A stretch of 64,000 nt of DNA from Nageia nagi (lineage: Eukaryota > Plantae > Pinophyta), in contig JBITNC010000001.1 in NCBI GenBank assembly GCA_050084985.1, forward strand, positions 198,028,001 through 198,092,000. The letters are read 5' to 3'. Shown piece after piece: positions 31,485 to 45,000 of the stretch (the first letter of the stretch is position 1; each line of letters opens with the position of its first letter). The notes below the pieces were generated by a model that ran no database searches, was not told where the DNA came from, and worked only from the letters and a program-made list of their open reading frames with translations. A program made the translations under genes and the position numbers.

Positions 31485-34400
31485 AATTTTATATTAAATT
31501 TTAAGGTTGTTATATTAAATCATATTAAATATTTATCTAACTAATTTTCCTACAATATTTTCTTACAATAATTTTTTTACGTATTTTTGTTTTGGCTAGG
31601 ATTTTTAGTAAAATATTTTCTAAATTTTTAAAAAACTTAGGTTTTGTACCAAAAAATTGGTAAATTCTTAAGGTTTTTACTAGATTGTTTACAATATTGG
31701 TAAAAACCCTACGATTTATTAAATTCTTAAGAATTTGGAAAAATCCAGAGGGTTTTTACCAAATTCTCTAGTATTTTTACCAAATTTTAGAGAATTTGAT
31801 AAAAACCCTAGAGAATTGGGTTAAAACCTCAAGGTTTTTTTCAAATACTTCAAGAAAACCTCAAATTTATGAAAAAAACATAAGATTTTTCTCAAAACTC
31901 TAGGGCTTTTACTAGTTTTAGTTAGATTTAACATACCCTATATTTTTTTACTTAAATTTTTGCATTTAAGAGTAAAAAATTCAAAATCTACAAGGAATGT
32001 TTTTTTTATAGAATGTGGTAGAAAAATATTATATGGCTGAGAAATCTGTAAAAAATGTTGAATAGTGATAAAATGTTGCAGAGAACCACCTTCCAGCTTT
32101 CCCTAATCAAAATTCAAATTAGAATCCCCTTTTTTTATATTTAAGAATGTATAGAAGGGAAGTGATAAGTTTGTGGGGTTGGATTTCTTTTATTTGAGAG
32201 TTCGAGTGCGTCCTAATGGTATGGTTGACGAAGTTGTTTTGTCATGAATAACATCATGAATAACATTAGGGATAGCATCAAGAATAACGTTAGGAAAATT
32301 AAAAAATACCCCTAGTGAGGCCTAACAAAAACAACGTTAGAAGTCAAAATAAAAATTCCCTAACATTATGCCTTATGCCCGATGCATATTTCCTTATAGT
32401 GTTTTTATTGAAAGTGTACCTAAAATCTCAATGTTTTAACGAGATTGATGCCTATCCTAGAATTTTAGGGGTTACGACTAATCCTTAATTATGATCAAGC
32501 TCCTCCCTATTTGTCAAAAATGAAAATATGATATTAAAAGAAATAATTGTATGAAAAATACATTAAAAATATTTTAAGATAAACAAATGATATTAAAAGC
32601 TTATGGACTAAGCGAGGGCACTTGAACAACTTTCAAAACTACAAAAACTATTATAAATAGGGCATTATAACCTTGTTGGCTAAAATAGGGTCATGGACGG
32701 CCTTGTTCTAGAGGTATTTTGACCTAGTTGAAGCTATGGGGGTTGATTGGCAATTTCAAGACTTCAACTCATTCCTTCAATTCTTCTAGTCAAAACTACT
32801 TATTTTGGCTCAAGAAGCACTCAAGAAATTATCTAAAAGTACATAATAAATTTCTTATGTTTTGGGATTTGTAATATAATTTTCTTGAAGCTCAATGCTT
32901 CACCAATTGAGATATCTTGATTATTTTATGAAGACATGCTTTGATTTTTGAACTTTGAAATTGCTTAATTTTATGTTAAGAAGATTTTACCTTGCATATA
33001 AAAACTTGACTATAATGAGAATTGATAATTTGAGTTTACTTTTGCTCCTCCTTTTACACCTTACAAAATAAAAACTAAGAGGCACATATACTTACCCCCT
33101 TAAGGGTAATACTTTTGAAATTTGCCTTTTAAAATAAAAATCATTTAGATACCTACATATTGATTTTTATTACAACAAAATTGGGTCTCTATAGTTTACC
33201 CCCTTTGGAGATGTAGTAGTAGGAACTAAGACTATATTTCCAAAGACAGAAAAGAAAAATAGATTATCCATTTCTCATAATACTTCCTTTATTTGTTGAT
33301 GATCCAATTAATGAGATTAACATGGTTTTCCTTATTTTTTACCCTTTTTATGCTCCATTTTACTTTGAATTACTTTTAAACCTTACAAGAGGCAAGGGAT
33401 TCAAAGAAAAAATGTACATACTAAAAGAGAAGAGGACAAGGGTTATCCAGTGGGATTCAAATATTCAAAGGGGTTTATACATGTCTTGGTGTTCAACATT
33501 GATGTTAGGTAAATTTTATAGCAACAACCAACCCCCCTCATTAGCGAGCATTATAAAAAGGTAATCATTATATAAAAATGAAATTCATGATATATAAAAT
33601 GAAATACATATATAATATAGCCATTAACATTTATAGCCCCTTCATGTGTTATGAAAGGGAGCTTTCAAAATATAAATTATTAGAGTAGAGAGTTAGGTTT
33701 ATGCTTGGTGCATGAAAGTCTCCATTGTGTAGGCTCCATGAGGTAGTTAAATTATTACAATGTGTTTATGCATTATAGTGTTTATGTATGCTCTATGTGA
33801 GAGAGTTTTACATAAATATCTCATGTTGAGATAATAATGTAATTCCATATATAAGAGATGGAACTTGGATAGATATGCAGGGTGAGAGGGGATTTTTTCA
33901 TATATGTTGTTCCATTGAGTTTCATAGATGTGTTTTCCCATGGAAAGGAGATAGCATGAATGAGAAGAGCTCTAGAGACATCCCATAGACCATTAAGTGA
34001 TTGAATAATGTTCATTGTTATCATTTTTGTGATCTCTTATAGATAGAGTTATTATTCATGTGTTGTGTTGAGAAGGATCTCATGATGTTTAGGTGGTAAT
34101 ATATATTATGGGAGAGCATGTTAAGTATGTGGAAAGCATAATATATGTAGCTTGACACATATGAGTATGACTATATTATGTAAAAGAGAGAAGTGAATTT
34201 TAGGGTAAGATGGACCATCGTATGGAGGATCATCACTTATACATAGTTTTTTTTTATTGCATATAGTCCACATTGGGTGAACTAGAGCAAACATATATGT
34301 ATAATATTCTTTTGTATATTTGTTAATGTTGAAGGAATTTAATTTATCATGTTTGAATTCCCTCCCTCAGTTTTTATTATGGTTCCCTCCAATGGCTACT

Positions 34401-34526
34401 CACTGCTTGCCTACTATTTTACCTACCGGATTTATTATGTTGTAGGAATACAATTGAGCATCAAACTCTTAAGATTTGATCCTTAGACTGTATCAAATTT
34501 GATTTTGTACTTTATTATGGTCACCT

Positions 34527-35210
34527 TGTAGATGCCTCAAAATTAACCTTTATGTATTTAATAAATCATTTTAATTCCCTAAATAATGTATTATTTAAAA
34601 AAGGATTATAAAATACGAAGAAGTGTAGGCCATGTATTTGACCCTTATGGAATGTACAAGGGGTCAAATCCTATAGTAGAAGCATCCCTATATAAAGGCA
34701 TTCAAGACATACAAAAGAGAGGGAAAAAAGGGAAAAAGAAGAGGACCACCATCAAGTGGATACTAGATCAGGAGCGGATTACAGAAGACCCAAGGCCTCT
34801 ATAAATTGAAGTCAGATAAAGAATCAAGGACTCGAACATCATTTGCAAAGCAAACCTTTGTAAGGGCTTCTTAACTGTAATAAGCAAATTTCTTATCTCA
34901 AAAATTATCATACTTTTGTTATATCAATAAATCATTTATTTTCTCATCATTTATCTTTCATTGCACTCTTGATTTACTCTATTACAAGATGTTGGTGTGT
35001 TGTTATTAGGGTGCCAATGAAATCCTATTGTATGTTTAACTGTTCATTCTTGATGTGTGCTTTTTGTTAATCAATTGAATATGCATGTTAATGGAACTAA
35101 CCTATATGCTTTAATCATTTTTTTTCATATTCTTGATTTATATCAACAAAGATCTAATAGTGCATTAATCAACCCCATTAACAATTAATTTGCATTATTT
35201 AAGGTCTACA
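34527..35210. mobile_element. Solo LTR (TGTAGA...TCTACA) inserted in the Copia 5' LTR
   Basis: Absent from the 3' LTR. Flanks CACCT/CGTCC correspond to the empty site CGCCC at 40643-40647. Confidence 0.85.
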
Positions 35211-36359
35211 CGTCCATACCCCTATTTGGATTTGTGGGCACTTCATTTATGTTTTGTTGAATTCTCTATGCAGATCTTTCATCCATTAGTTCTCATGGAG
35301 CCTTCTACACTCCACTTTCTTCTTGTATAAATAAGGAATTTATTTCCCATTTTGTGAGGCTCTTTGTTATAATGTTATGCTACCATTTTTGCTCTAATAT
35401 AAAGCTTTCATAATTGCTCTGTAATACCTTGTGGCTATGTGATGTATTTTCTATTTCAAAGATTGTATGCATAAGAAAACAATTGCATATCTTTATATAA
35501 GTATTTTGTCTCTATTATAGGGTGCTATTTCTCTATCTAGGGTCATTTTAGTTATATGGGTACTTGTTTATTTTTCATTTTGAGCAATAGTTTTTTTTAT
35601 ATTTTTGTGATTCTATCAAACTACCTTATTTTGGATCAGTTTGCTTTTGGAGCTAGAACTTTATTCTAGATCTCTATTTTATGTGATTACTTTTTTTTTG
35701 GGAAACCTTGCCTCAATAAATTTCTAATCATATATAACATATCTTATTTCATTGGCATATCACACTCAAAAATCACAAAATACAAACCTACTCTTTTGTA
35801 GCCTTACTTAGTGTGCTCTGTGAGTTCTTTTTTTTAAGATTACTTTTAAACCTTTCTTCATCCTTACAATTTTATTATAATATTATCATTAGATAGAGAA
35901 TTCCATGTTGATCATTTTGATATGTCATAGTGTTATGTTTCATTAAGATCTAGCAAAGTTACAACCCTCCAAAGTAGGCCCTAAAAACCAATCATTTTTT
36001 TCCAAATTTTTTTGTTTTCCTAGAAATTCCAACTTTTTCAAAATTCTAATGAAATTCAAGTTCCCAAAATCTAGAAAAAATCTAATCAAATTATTTTTTT
36101 TTAACTTTTTCAAAGTTTTGGCAAGTTTTAGATGACTAAAAACTTTCAAAACTCTAGTATTTTTAGAAGTTCAATAAGTTGTTTTTCATCTAGAAACTTC
36201 AAATTCACCTTCTAGGAGATTTGGAATTCCATTTTAGGAGAGTGAGTAATTTATGGAAAGGTAGCTTCATTCTCTATCCAAATATAAGTTTGAATTCATA
36301 TTTTGAATATGTTTGAGTTATCTAAAATACCTTAAAATTTTGGAATATCAAATTTTCAA

Positions 36360-36497
36360 TTTGTATCAAAGCTTGGAGCCTTGAGCCTCCAAAATATTCA
36401 TTTGGTATTAGATCTTAGAGCCTTAAGCCTCCAAAATATTCACTTGGTATTAGAGTTTTAAGCCTTGAGCCTCCAAAATCTTCACTTGGTATCAGAT
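36360..36497 (+). repeat. 42-bp tandem repeat containing the tRNA-iMet PBS (also at 41808-41932)
   Basis: Unit TTGGTATCAGAGCTTGGAGCCTTGAGCCTCCAAAATCTTCAC. PBS-like starts at 36360, 36402, 36444 and 36486, and at 41808, 41850 and 41892. Confidence 0.9.
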
Positions 36498-36520
36498 CCA
36501 TACGATCTATTGAGTTAAAA

Positions 36521-39500
36521 ATGGATCAAAAGAATCAAAATTCTTTGCAGTTGCAAATTCTTGTGTTCAATGGAGAACACTATGAATATTGGAGCATCTG
36601 AATGAGGACCTTTCTCATCTCATAATATTTGTAGAATCTTATTTCTCATGTATATCTTGAACTTGATGTTGTATTATTTGCTACACTTATATCAAATGAA
36701 AGAAAGGAGCTCTTGGAGGCCCATAAGAAGGATGGTAAAGCTTTATTTACCATATAAAGCAGGATAGATGTTACCATCTTCCCTAAAATTACAAAATGCA
36801 AATTATACAAGGTTGCATGGGACACTCTTGAGAGTGCTTATAAAGGATCAACCAAAATCATAAGAGTCAAACTATAACTTTTACGAAGGGAGTTTGAATC
36901 TCTTCAAATGGAAGATGATGAGACTGTTGAACTCTCTATGAACAAAGTTCACAATTTGGTGAATGCACTTCATTCACATGCTGAGTAGCTTGATGATACC
37001 CAGATTATTAATAAGGCATTGAGAGCCTTCCTCAAAAGTTTAATTCTCTCACTATTTTTATTGAGGATTCCAAGGGCTTAACTCAACTCACTCTCCCAAA
37101 ATTGCTTTGTAGCTTATAGATGTATGAGCATAGAATCTAGGATAGAGCTGAAAACCTAGCCAAGCATTCCAAGCCAAACTTTGGATGAATGATTAATCTT
37201 CTACTTCCTTTAGTTTTTAATCTACTTCAAGTGGCCATGGCAAAGGTCATGATGATAGAGACCATGGAAGAAGCGATCATGGTAGAGGAATAGGTCAATA
37301 AACCCATCAAAGTCAAAGCTCAACCCTTCAATATTATGAATTCAATGGAAAGGATGGTCATACAAGGTAGTATCGCTTCCAAAAGAAGAAGTAGTAGAAA
37401 TCCAACTACATTAAAGAGCATGATGTTGGTAATATTTTCTTGATCCACAACAACTTTGAATTTATTGATGATCATATTTGGTATTTAGATACTGGGTGCT
37501 TAAATCATATGTTCGAGAACAAAAATTTATTTACTCATCCTAAAGAAAATGGTTTTGGTAAATTCTACTTTAGCGATAATAATCAAGTTGAAATTATTAG
37601 CAATGATACTATTTATTTTAAATAAATACTAGTAAGATCATGCATATGTATGATACTTTGTATGGTCCCAGCTTGAAGCATAATCTCCTTAGTATTAGAC
37701 AAATGTGCTTAAAAGACTATTATTTAATCTTTTGAAAGAATACATGCACCATCACCAATGAGGCCATCTAACGAGTCGTTACAAAAATTATCATGCTTTA
37801 AATTCATAATTGATCCTACTTGGTTATGGCACCAAAGATGTGGTCACCTAAATTTCAACTTGCTCCATGGATTGCCTAAGCTTGTGAGAGGTATGCCAAC
37901 CTTCTCACTACCCCCTAAAACTTTGTGTGAGAGATACATTTATGGGAAACAACATAGAAAGAAATCTCCCTCCCACCCATAATGTGTAAAGGCATAGTTG
38001 GAGTTGATGCATGTTGATATCTGCAGACCTATGCAGACTCCCACCTTGGCCAAGTGCATGTATATGCTTATTTGTATTGATGATTATTATTGGATGAGTT
38101 AGTTTTATTTGTTGTAGGCCAAATCATATGTATTTGATACTTTTTTCAAGTTTAATGCACTTATCAAGGAGGAATATAGCTACCACCTCAATAAATTCTA
38201 GACATACCATGGTGGTGAATTCACTTCAAATGAGTTCAAATAATTCTGGTGAAAATATGGGATAAAATAGTAGTACATAATTGCATACACTCCACAATAG
38301 AATAGAGTGGATGAGATGAAGAATCAAATAGTTACTAAAATGAACCAAAGCATGCTTAAGGAGATGGGAATGGATAATAAATTATGGGAGGGATCCATGC
38401 ATATTATTGTCTATATTTTGAATCATTTCCCAACAAAAGTTATGCAACATTCAACCCCCTTTGAGACTTAGTTTGGAAAGAAACCTAGTCTCTCGCAAGT
38501 TCAAATCTTTGGCTCTACCTATTACCTGCATGTGACCAAGGAGAATAGGAAGAAATTGGATGATAAATCCATTAAATGTATCTTTATGGGATACTCTGAT
38601 GAGTCTAAAGCCTATTGATGTTATGATCTAGTTTCTAGGAAGTTACATATCAATCGGGATGTGATCTTTCATGAAGGGGGAGCATACAAGAATGATTCTA
38701 ATTACCCTAACATCAATCTAATGATTAAAATACTCTAATTCAAATGAGATGGTTGAGCCTTTATAGCCTCAACAACCCAACCTCCTTGTGGCTTCAACTC
38801 CTTTCAAGAGAAGGATTTCCAAAGATCATTCGAAATCTCAAATGTTGGATTAGGATTTTAGCAAAAGAGTGACCCAAAAATAAGCAAGGGGGATGATCAA
38901 ATCACTAATTATGCCTTGGTGTCCTCTTTTCTTGTTGAACCTTCCAACTTTAAAGAAGATATTACAAATGCAAGTCAAAAAAAGGTCATGGAGGATGAAA
39001 TTGAGCAAATTTAGAATAAAGACTCTTGGGAGCTTGTGCATCCTCCAAAAAACTAGAATGTTATTGGATTCAAATGGATCTATAAGCTCAAGCACAATGT
39101 TTATGGTAGCATTGCTAAATATATGGCTCAACTTGTAACTAAGGGTTATGTTCAAAAGGAAGGGCTTGATTATGAAGAGACATTTGCACCTGCTGCTAGA
39201 CTTGAGATAGTCTACTCTCTTCTTGCTCTTGCATCCCATCTTGGTCTCACATTGTACCAAATGGATTTCAAGTATGCCTTCCTCAATGGAGATTTAAAGG
39301 AAGAAGTGTATGTGCATCAACTCCAAGGATTCACTATTGTTGGCCATGAAGATAAAGTGTACCAATTGAAAAAAGCTTTCTATAGACTCGAGTAAGCACC
39401 AAGAGCCTGGTATTCTTGGATTGACATCTACTTCCATTTGAATCATTATTATAGGTGCTCTATGGAAGCTTCAATTTACACTAAGGTATTATACCATGAT

Positions 39501-40425
39501 TTCATCATCATTTGTTTATATGTTTATGATATTATCTTTATGAGCACTTACTTTTCCATGCTGCATACATTCAAAATTATTATGATTAAGGAGTTTGAGA
39601 TGAGTGATGTGGATGAAATGCAATATTTTCATGGTATGCAAGTTCAACAATCATATTTCAATATGTTCATCACTTAATATAAGTATGTTTATGACATGCT
39701 TGCTAGGTTTTCCATGAAGGATTGCAAACTTGTTGACACTCTCATAGTGCTTGGCACCAAACTCATGAAGGATGACTCTACTCCTCTTGTTGATGCCACC
39801 TTGTATTGGTCACTTGTTGGTAGTCTTATGGATATCCTTGTGGATCAATTCATGCACTCTCCACATGAATTTCATTGGAAAGTAGCTAAGAGGATCCTTT
39901 AGTATGTCACTAGCACCAAATTCTTTGGTCTATGGTTTAAATCCACTAATTCTAACATCCTTGAGGCCTATGTAGATGTTGATTAGGCCAATAATATTGA
40001 TTATAGGAAAAGCACATCTAGTTATGCTTTTTTCTTTTCCTAATCTCTTATCTCATGGAGTAGCAAGAAGCAACAAAATGTTGCTCTTTCCACTACTGAA
40101 GTAGAATATATGGTTACCTCCTTTGCTTGCACTCAAGCCATTTGGATGGCTCAATCATTTAAAGACTTGGGTATGGCACCTCCCTTACCCATTCCCATTC
40201 ATTATGATAACACTAGCATCATTTCTATGTCCAAGAATATGGTGTTTCATAGTAGGATCAAGAATATCAACATCTGACATCATTTTATGTGAGACCTAGT
40301 GACTAATGGATTTGTTGAATTCATATTTTGTAAGTTTGAAGATCAACTTGCAAACATTTTCACCAAGGCTCTATTGAAGGATTGATTTATTAGTATACAA
40401 AATCAACTTGGAATTAAACCCATTC
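36521..40425 (+). pseudogene. Copia gag-pol polyprotein pseudogene
   Basis: FNGEHYEYWS (gag), WYLDTGCLNHM (protease), LWHQRCGHLN (GAG-pre-integrase), QKEGLDYEETFAP and QMDFKYAFLNGDLKEEVY (RT), SWSSKKQ..VALSTTEVEY and DQLANIFTKAL (RNase H). Many stops. Confidence 0.93.
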
Positions 40426-42059
40426 ACATTAAGATGGAGAATTAAGGAATTTAATGTATCATGTTTGAATTCCCTCCAATGGTTTTGATTCCAATTGATT
40501 TGATTCCCTCCAATGGCTACTCATCATCCACTTACTATTTAACCTACCAAATTTATTATGTTGTATGAATAGGGTTGATAATTGAACACTTAAGATTTGA
40601 TCCTTAGACTATATTATATTTGATTTTTTAATTCATTATGGTCGCCCATAACCCTCTCTAAATTTGTGGGTGATTCATTTATGTTTTACTGACTTCTCCA
40701 TGTGGATTTGTTATCAGTTAGTTCTTGTGGATCCTTATATACTCCAATTTCTTATTGTATAAATATTTACTTTGTTTACCATTCTATGAGGCTTTCTAAT
40801 GTAATATCATGATACCATTTTGGCTCTAATATAAAGCTTTCATAATTGCTTTATAATACCTTATGGTTGTGTGGTGTGTTTTCTCTTTTTAAAGATTGTA
40901 TGCATGAGAAAACACTTATAGACATTCATATAAGTATTATGTATCTATTATAAGATGATATTTATTTAGTTGGGATCATTTTAAATATATGGGTTCTTTT
41001 TTATTTTTTATTTTTTATTTTGAGCAATAGTTTTTGATATTTTTGTGATTATGTTAAACTACCTTATTTTGGATTAGTTTGCTTTCAAAAGCTAAAAATT
41101 TCATTTTAGATATCTATTTTATATTAATATTTTTTATTTGTAAAGGTTGTATCAATACCTTTCCAATCATATGCAACATGTATTATTTCATTAGCATATC
41201 ATACTTGAAAATCATAAAATACAAACATGCTATTTCGTAACCTTGCTTAGTGTGCTCTGTGAATGTTTTTTCTTCAACATTACTTTTTACCCTTATTTAT
41301 TACTTAAATTTCACTAAAATATTATTATTGGATAGAGAATTTCATTTTGATCATTTTTGTGGGTCATAGTGCTATGTTTCATTAATATCTGGCAAAGTTA
41401 CAACCCTCCAAAGTAGGCCCTAGAAACTAGTCAATTTTTTGTAGAATTTTGAATTTTCCTAGAAATTTCAACTTTGCTGGAATTCTAGCGAAGTTCAAGC
41501 ATAAAAAACCTAAAAAAACTTTGATTGAGTTATTTTTTTATTTTTCTAGATTTTTAGCAAGTTCTAGCTAACCAAAAACTCTTGAAACTTTAGCATTTTC
41601 ATTTTGCATTCTTTTTTGAAGTTTGACAAAGTTGTTGTCCATTCAAAAACTTCAAATTCACTTTTTGGGAGATCTGAAAGTTTGTTTTAGGCATGTAGCT
41701 ATTGGAAAGGTATTTTTTTCATCTATCTAATTTTAAGGTTAAATTCACATTTTGGGAATCTTTGAGTATCTAAAATTACTTGAAATTCTATAATATCAAA
41801 TCTTCAATTGGTATTAGAGCTTAGAGCTATGAGCCTCCAAAATCTTCACTTAATATCAGAGCTTGGAGCCTTCAGCCTCCATAATATTCATTTGGTATCA
41901 AATATTGGAGCCTTGAGCCTCCAAAATCTTTAGGTGTGTAATTTATTTTCCATAAACACTTAAAATTTCAAGTGTGAGATTTTATGTAAACTCTTAAGCT
42001 TTAGTTTACAAATCTTGGAAGCTAGCCCATATTTAAGTTGGTTATAGGTGAGTAGAGAT

Positions 42060-45000
42060 CAATAAGTATGGATGATGGACATGTTAAATGAGTAGTCAAA
42101 GCCACTAGTAACCCATAATATAGTGGCTTCTAATACTCTCTACCCAATTTTGGGCATTAGATGGTTTTTAGGTATTTTAACATAGTTGATATGACTTAAT
42201 TTTAGATATTAAATCAAATATAAAAATAAAACAAAATCAAAACTTTCATAATTAGTATAATATTAATTATAATAAATCAAAATAAAATACTAAAAAAATA
42301 CCAAATGTGGTAAATTCAAAAACTTTAAGAGGTGAAAGAAAAAATAATTGAATGCTTATTGTAAACTCTTTTCATCCATTTTAAGCTCTTTCAAAGTCAT
42401 AAAAGGGGATCAATGTGCGACATGAAAGAGGAAGAGAATATGAAAATATAAAGATTGAGTGTTAAGTGTGTATATAAGGATGAAATATTTGTAAGTTTAA
42501 GAGGGCCTATATGGTACCATCCTTGTGCACTTTTATGTATTTTTTAAGAGGAAAGATCAATTTGTAGAAAGATTTTGTTATTGGTGTTGGAGAGGTCAAA
42601 CAGGATCCTCATCAAGAAATTGTAATATTTTTTCATCATTTAATTGTAAGAGTTTGTAATTTTAATGTAATATTTTCTTTCTATATAGGGTTTCCCTAAG
42701 GTACATCAATCTCTTCATTGTGTTATGATTATTCTATCTCTCTTGTAGATTTATTTTAACAACTTTTACATTTATTTTTTTTGGTATTGGTCATGAGGGT
42801 TTTGAAAGGCTCCCCAAACATTGTACAATTGGAACTTTTTAATTCAAATGTGATATTTGGGGCATATCTCTATCTAAAGGGGTTGGGATTTAAACTTTGG
42901 AATCCATTTACAACAACTGGGAGCTTCCACACCCAAGGTTCATTAACTCTCTTAACAAGTGGAGATACAACTTTTAAATTGCTTATATTTTCTTAAATAC
43001 TACTTAAAAGTTCATGTTGAAAAATGAATTATAGAAATCCATTTATGAAGAGAGTGGAAATTCATAAACTACTAGGTTTTACAAATCACATAGCTAAAAA
43101 AGAGGTTGATTTATTAGGTATGTATTAATTCTTTGTTGCAAGAGTATATTTCCTTATGTGGTTTGAATTATTTTTGTATGATCAATAGATCAAAAATAAA
43201 AAGAGGTGAAGGTGGTCTTGTTGAAGAAGATTCAAATATTGAATCAAGAACTTGGGTAAGAAATTAAATAGAAGCTACCATGGTGTATGAAGAAAGGAAA
43301 AATACATCTATTACTATATAAAAAGAGTTCATAAAAATATTTTAGATAATAGAATAAATTATACAAAATATATGATTACTATTGTTATGGAATTGAAAGC
43401 TAATGCTCTTAAGACTCATAGTTCATTAAATGAAGATCTATATCTTGGAGAGAGTTATCAATTAATAAGAAATTCATGACCTTTGAAGGCGGAGATAAAG
43501 TTTGATATAAAATCCTAATTTGGTGGTGAGATTGATATTAAAAAAAACTTAACCATTGGATTAAGCAAATGGAGTTTAAATTTCAAGTTTAGAATATTAA
43601 ATATGATGGTATTCAAATTGAATTAGTTATACTCAAATTAGAAGGACATTCTCTAGTTTCATGGGAAGCTTATGTAGATTCCTTAGAAAAGAATGATGAT
43701 ATAGTTGTGAGAAGATGGAAAATTTTCAAGAATTTGATCCAAAACTAATTCTTTCCTCTTGGCCATCATCAAAAATAAACCATGGAGTGGTTTCACTTCA
43801 AGTAATGTAAGGAATAAAGTGTCCAAGATTATATGATTGAGTTAAAGAAGAGGGAAAAATTGGTTGGTGCTTACTTGAAAAGTTAAGAGTATTTGGTCAA
43901 GTATATTGAAGGTATTCACAATTATATTCACAATACCAAATTGATTTTTAGTCCTATAGACTTGGATAAAGTGTGTGTCAAAGCACAATACTTGGAAGCT
44001 TATGGAACATTCAAGATGGAGGAACAAAATTTAAAGTACTATGGAAAGGATAAATTTAATATCATGACTAAAAAAAGGTTAACATATTTTATTTTTCTCA
44101 TCATGGTAAAGATGACCATAGTGAAGAGATGTGTTGGAAACTTCACCTTGATTTAAAACTAGTAAAATTTATGGAATATTCTAAAAAGAAAAATGCCATG
44201 ATCTTTGAAAAACAAAGAGATTGAATTTGAGATTACCTCAAATATAGATGATAATTTCCATCGGTGTGAAAGGATCATGTTCAAAGGATGAAGAAGGAAA
44301 AATATATATGTTATTATATATCAATCTCTAAGAAGAGACGACTAATATTGATGGTCTTTTTATTATAGTTCTCAAGCAAATTTTAGTACATAGGAGTTGG
44401 TATATAAGTTGGAATTGGAGACTCATCCACATCCATATTCACTTCAATAGGTGAACAAGAAGAAAATCATTCAAATCACATGATAATATCAATTATTGTT
44501 TGCCATTAATTTTGATTTCATTGATGAATTTGAATTGGATGTGGTACCTTTTGGTATTTATGGCATAATGTTGGGAGGTCCTTTGGTATTTGATAAGAAT
44601 GTTATTTTCTATCAAAAAGATAATAAATACCACATTAATAATGATGATAGACATTTTATTACAAAGTTTCATGTGAGTATAAGTGATGTTCCTTTTTCTA
44701 TAGTGGGACAAATAAAAAGATTATAATTTAATTATCTAGGGTTATTATCATCAACCATTAATAGAGAACTCAAATATCAATAACATATCATATTAGTGTA
44801 CAAATAGACATGATACAAATAAGAGGCATTATCTTGTGCATCTTATAGGCAAGATGGAATTACAAGGTCATTAAGGATCTTACTTGCCATTTGTACTTGT
44901 TGGAAATCCTATGCCATGGAATCTATGGATCTTTCATTTATATTATACAAGGAGGGAGAGATGGAATGAGATGGTGTCAGGGATTATTGTTTCTCATTAT

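Larger units (their letters stand above)
29286..32401. mobile_element. Non-autonomous CACTA (En/Spm) element
   Basis: Termini CACTA (29286) and TAGTG (32401). The same 12-bp subterminal repeats (CATCAGGAATAA-like) occur at 29408-29475 and 32241-32297. Near-matching 3-bp TSD TTG/TTT. Confidence 0.8.
34330..41932 (+). mobile_element. Full-length decayed Ty1/Copia retrotransposon
   Basis: LTRs at 34330-36484 and 40442-41932. PBS at 36487, PPT at 40431-40441. Domain order gag-PR-INT-RT-RH. Decayed TSD AATGT/GGTGT. Confidence 0.92.
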
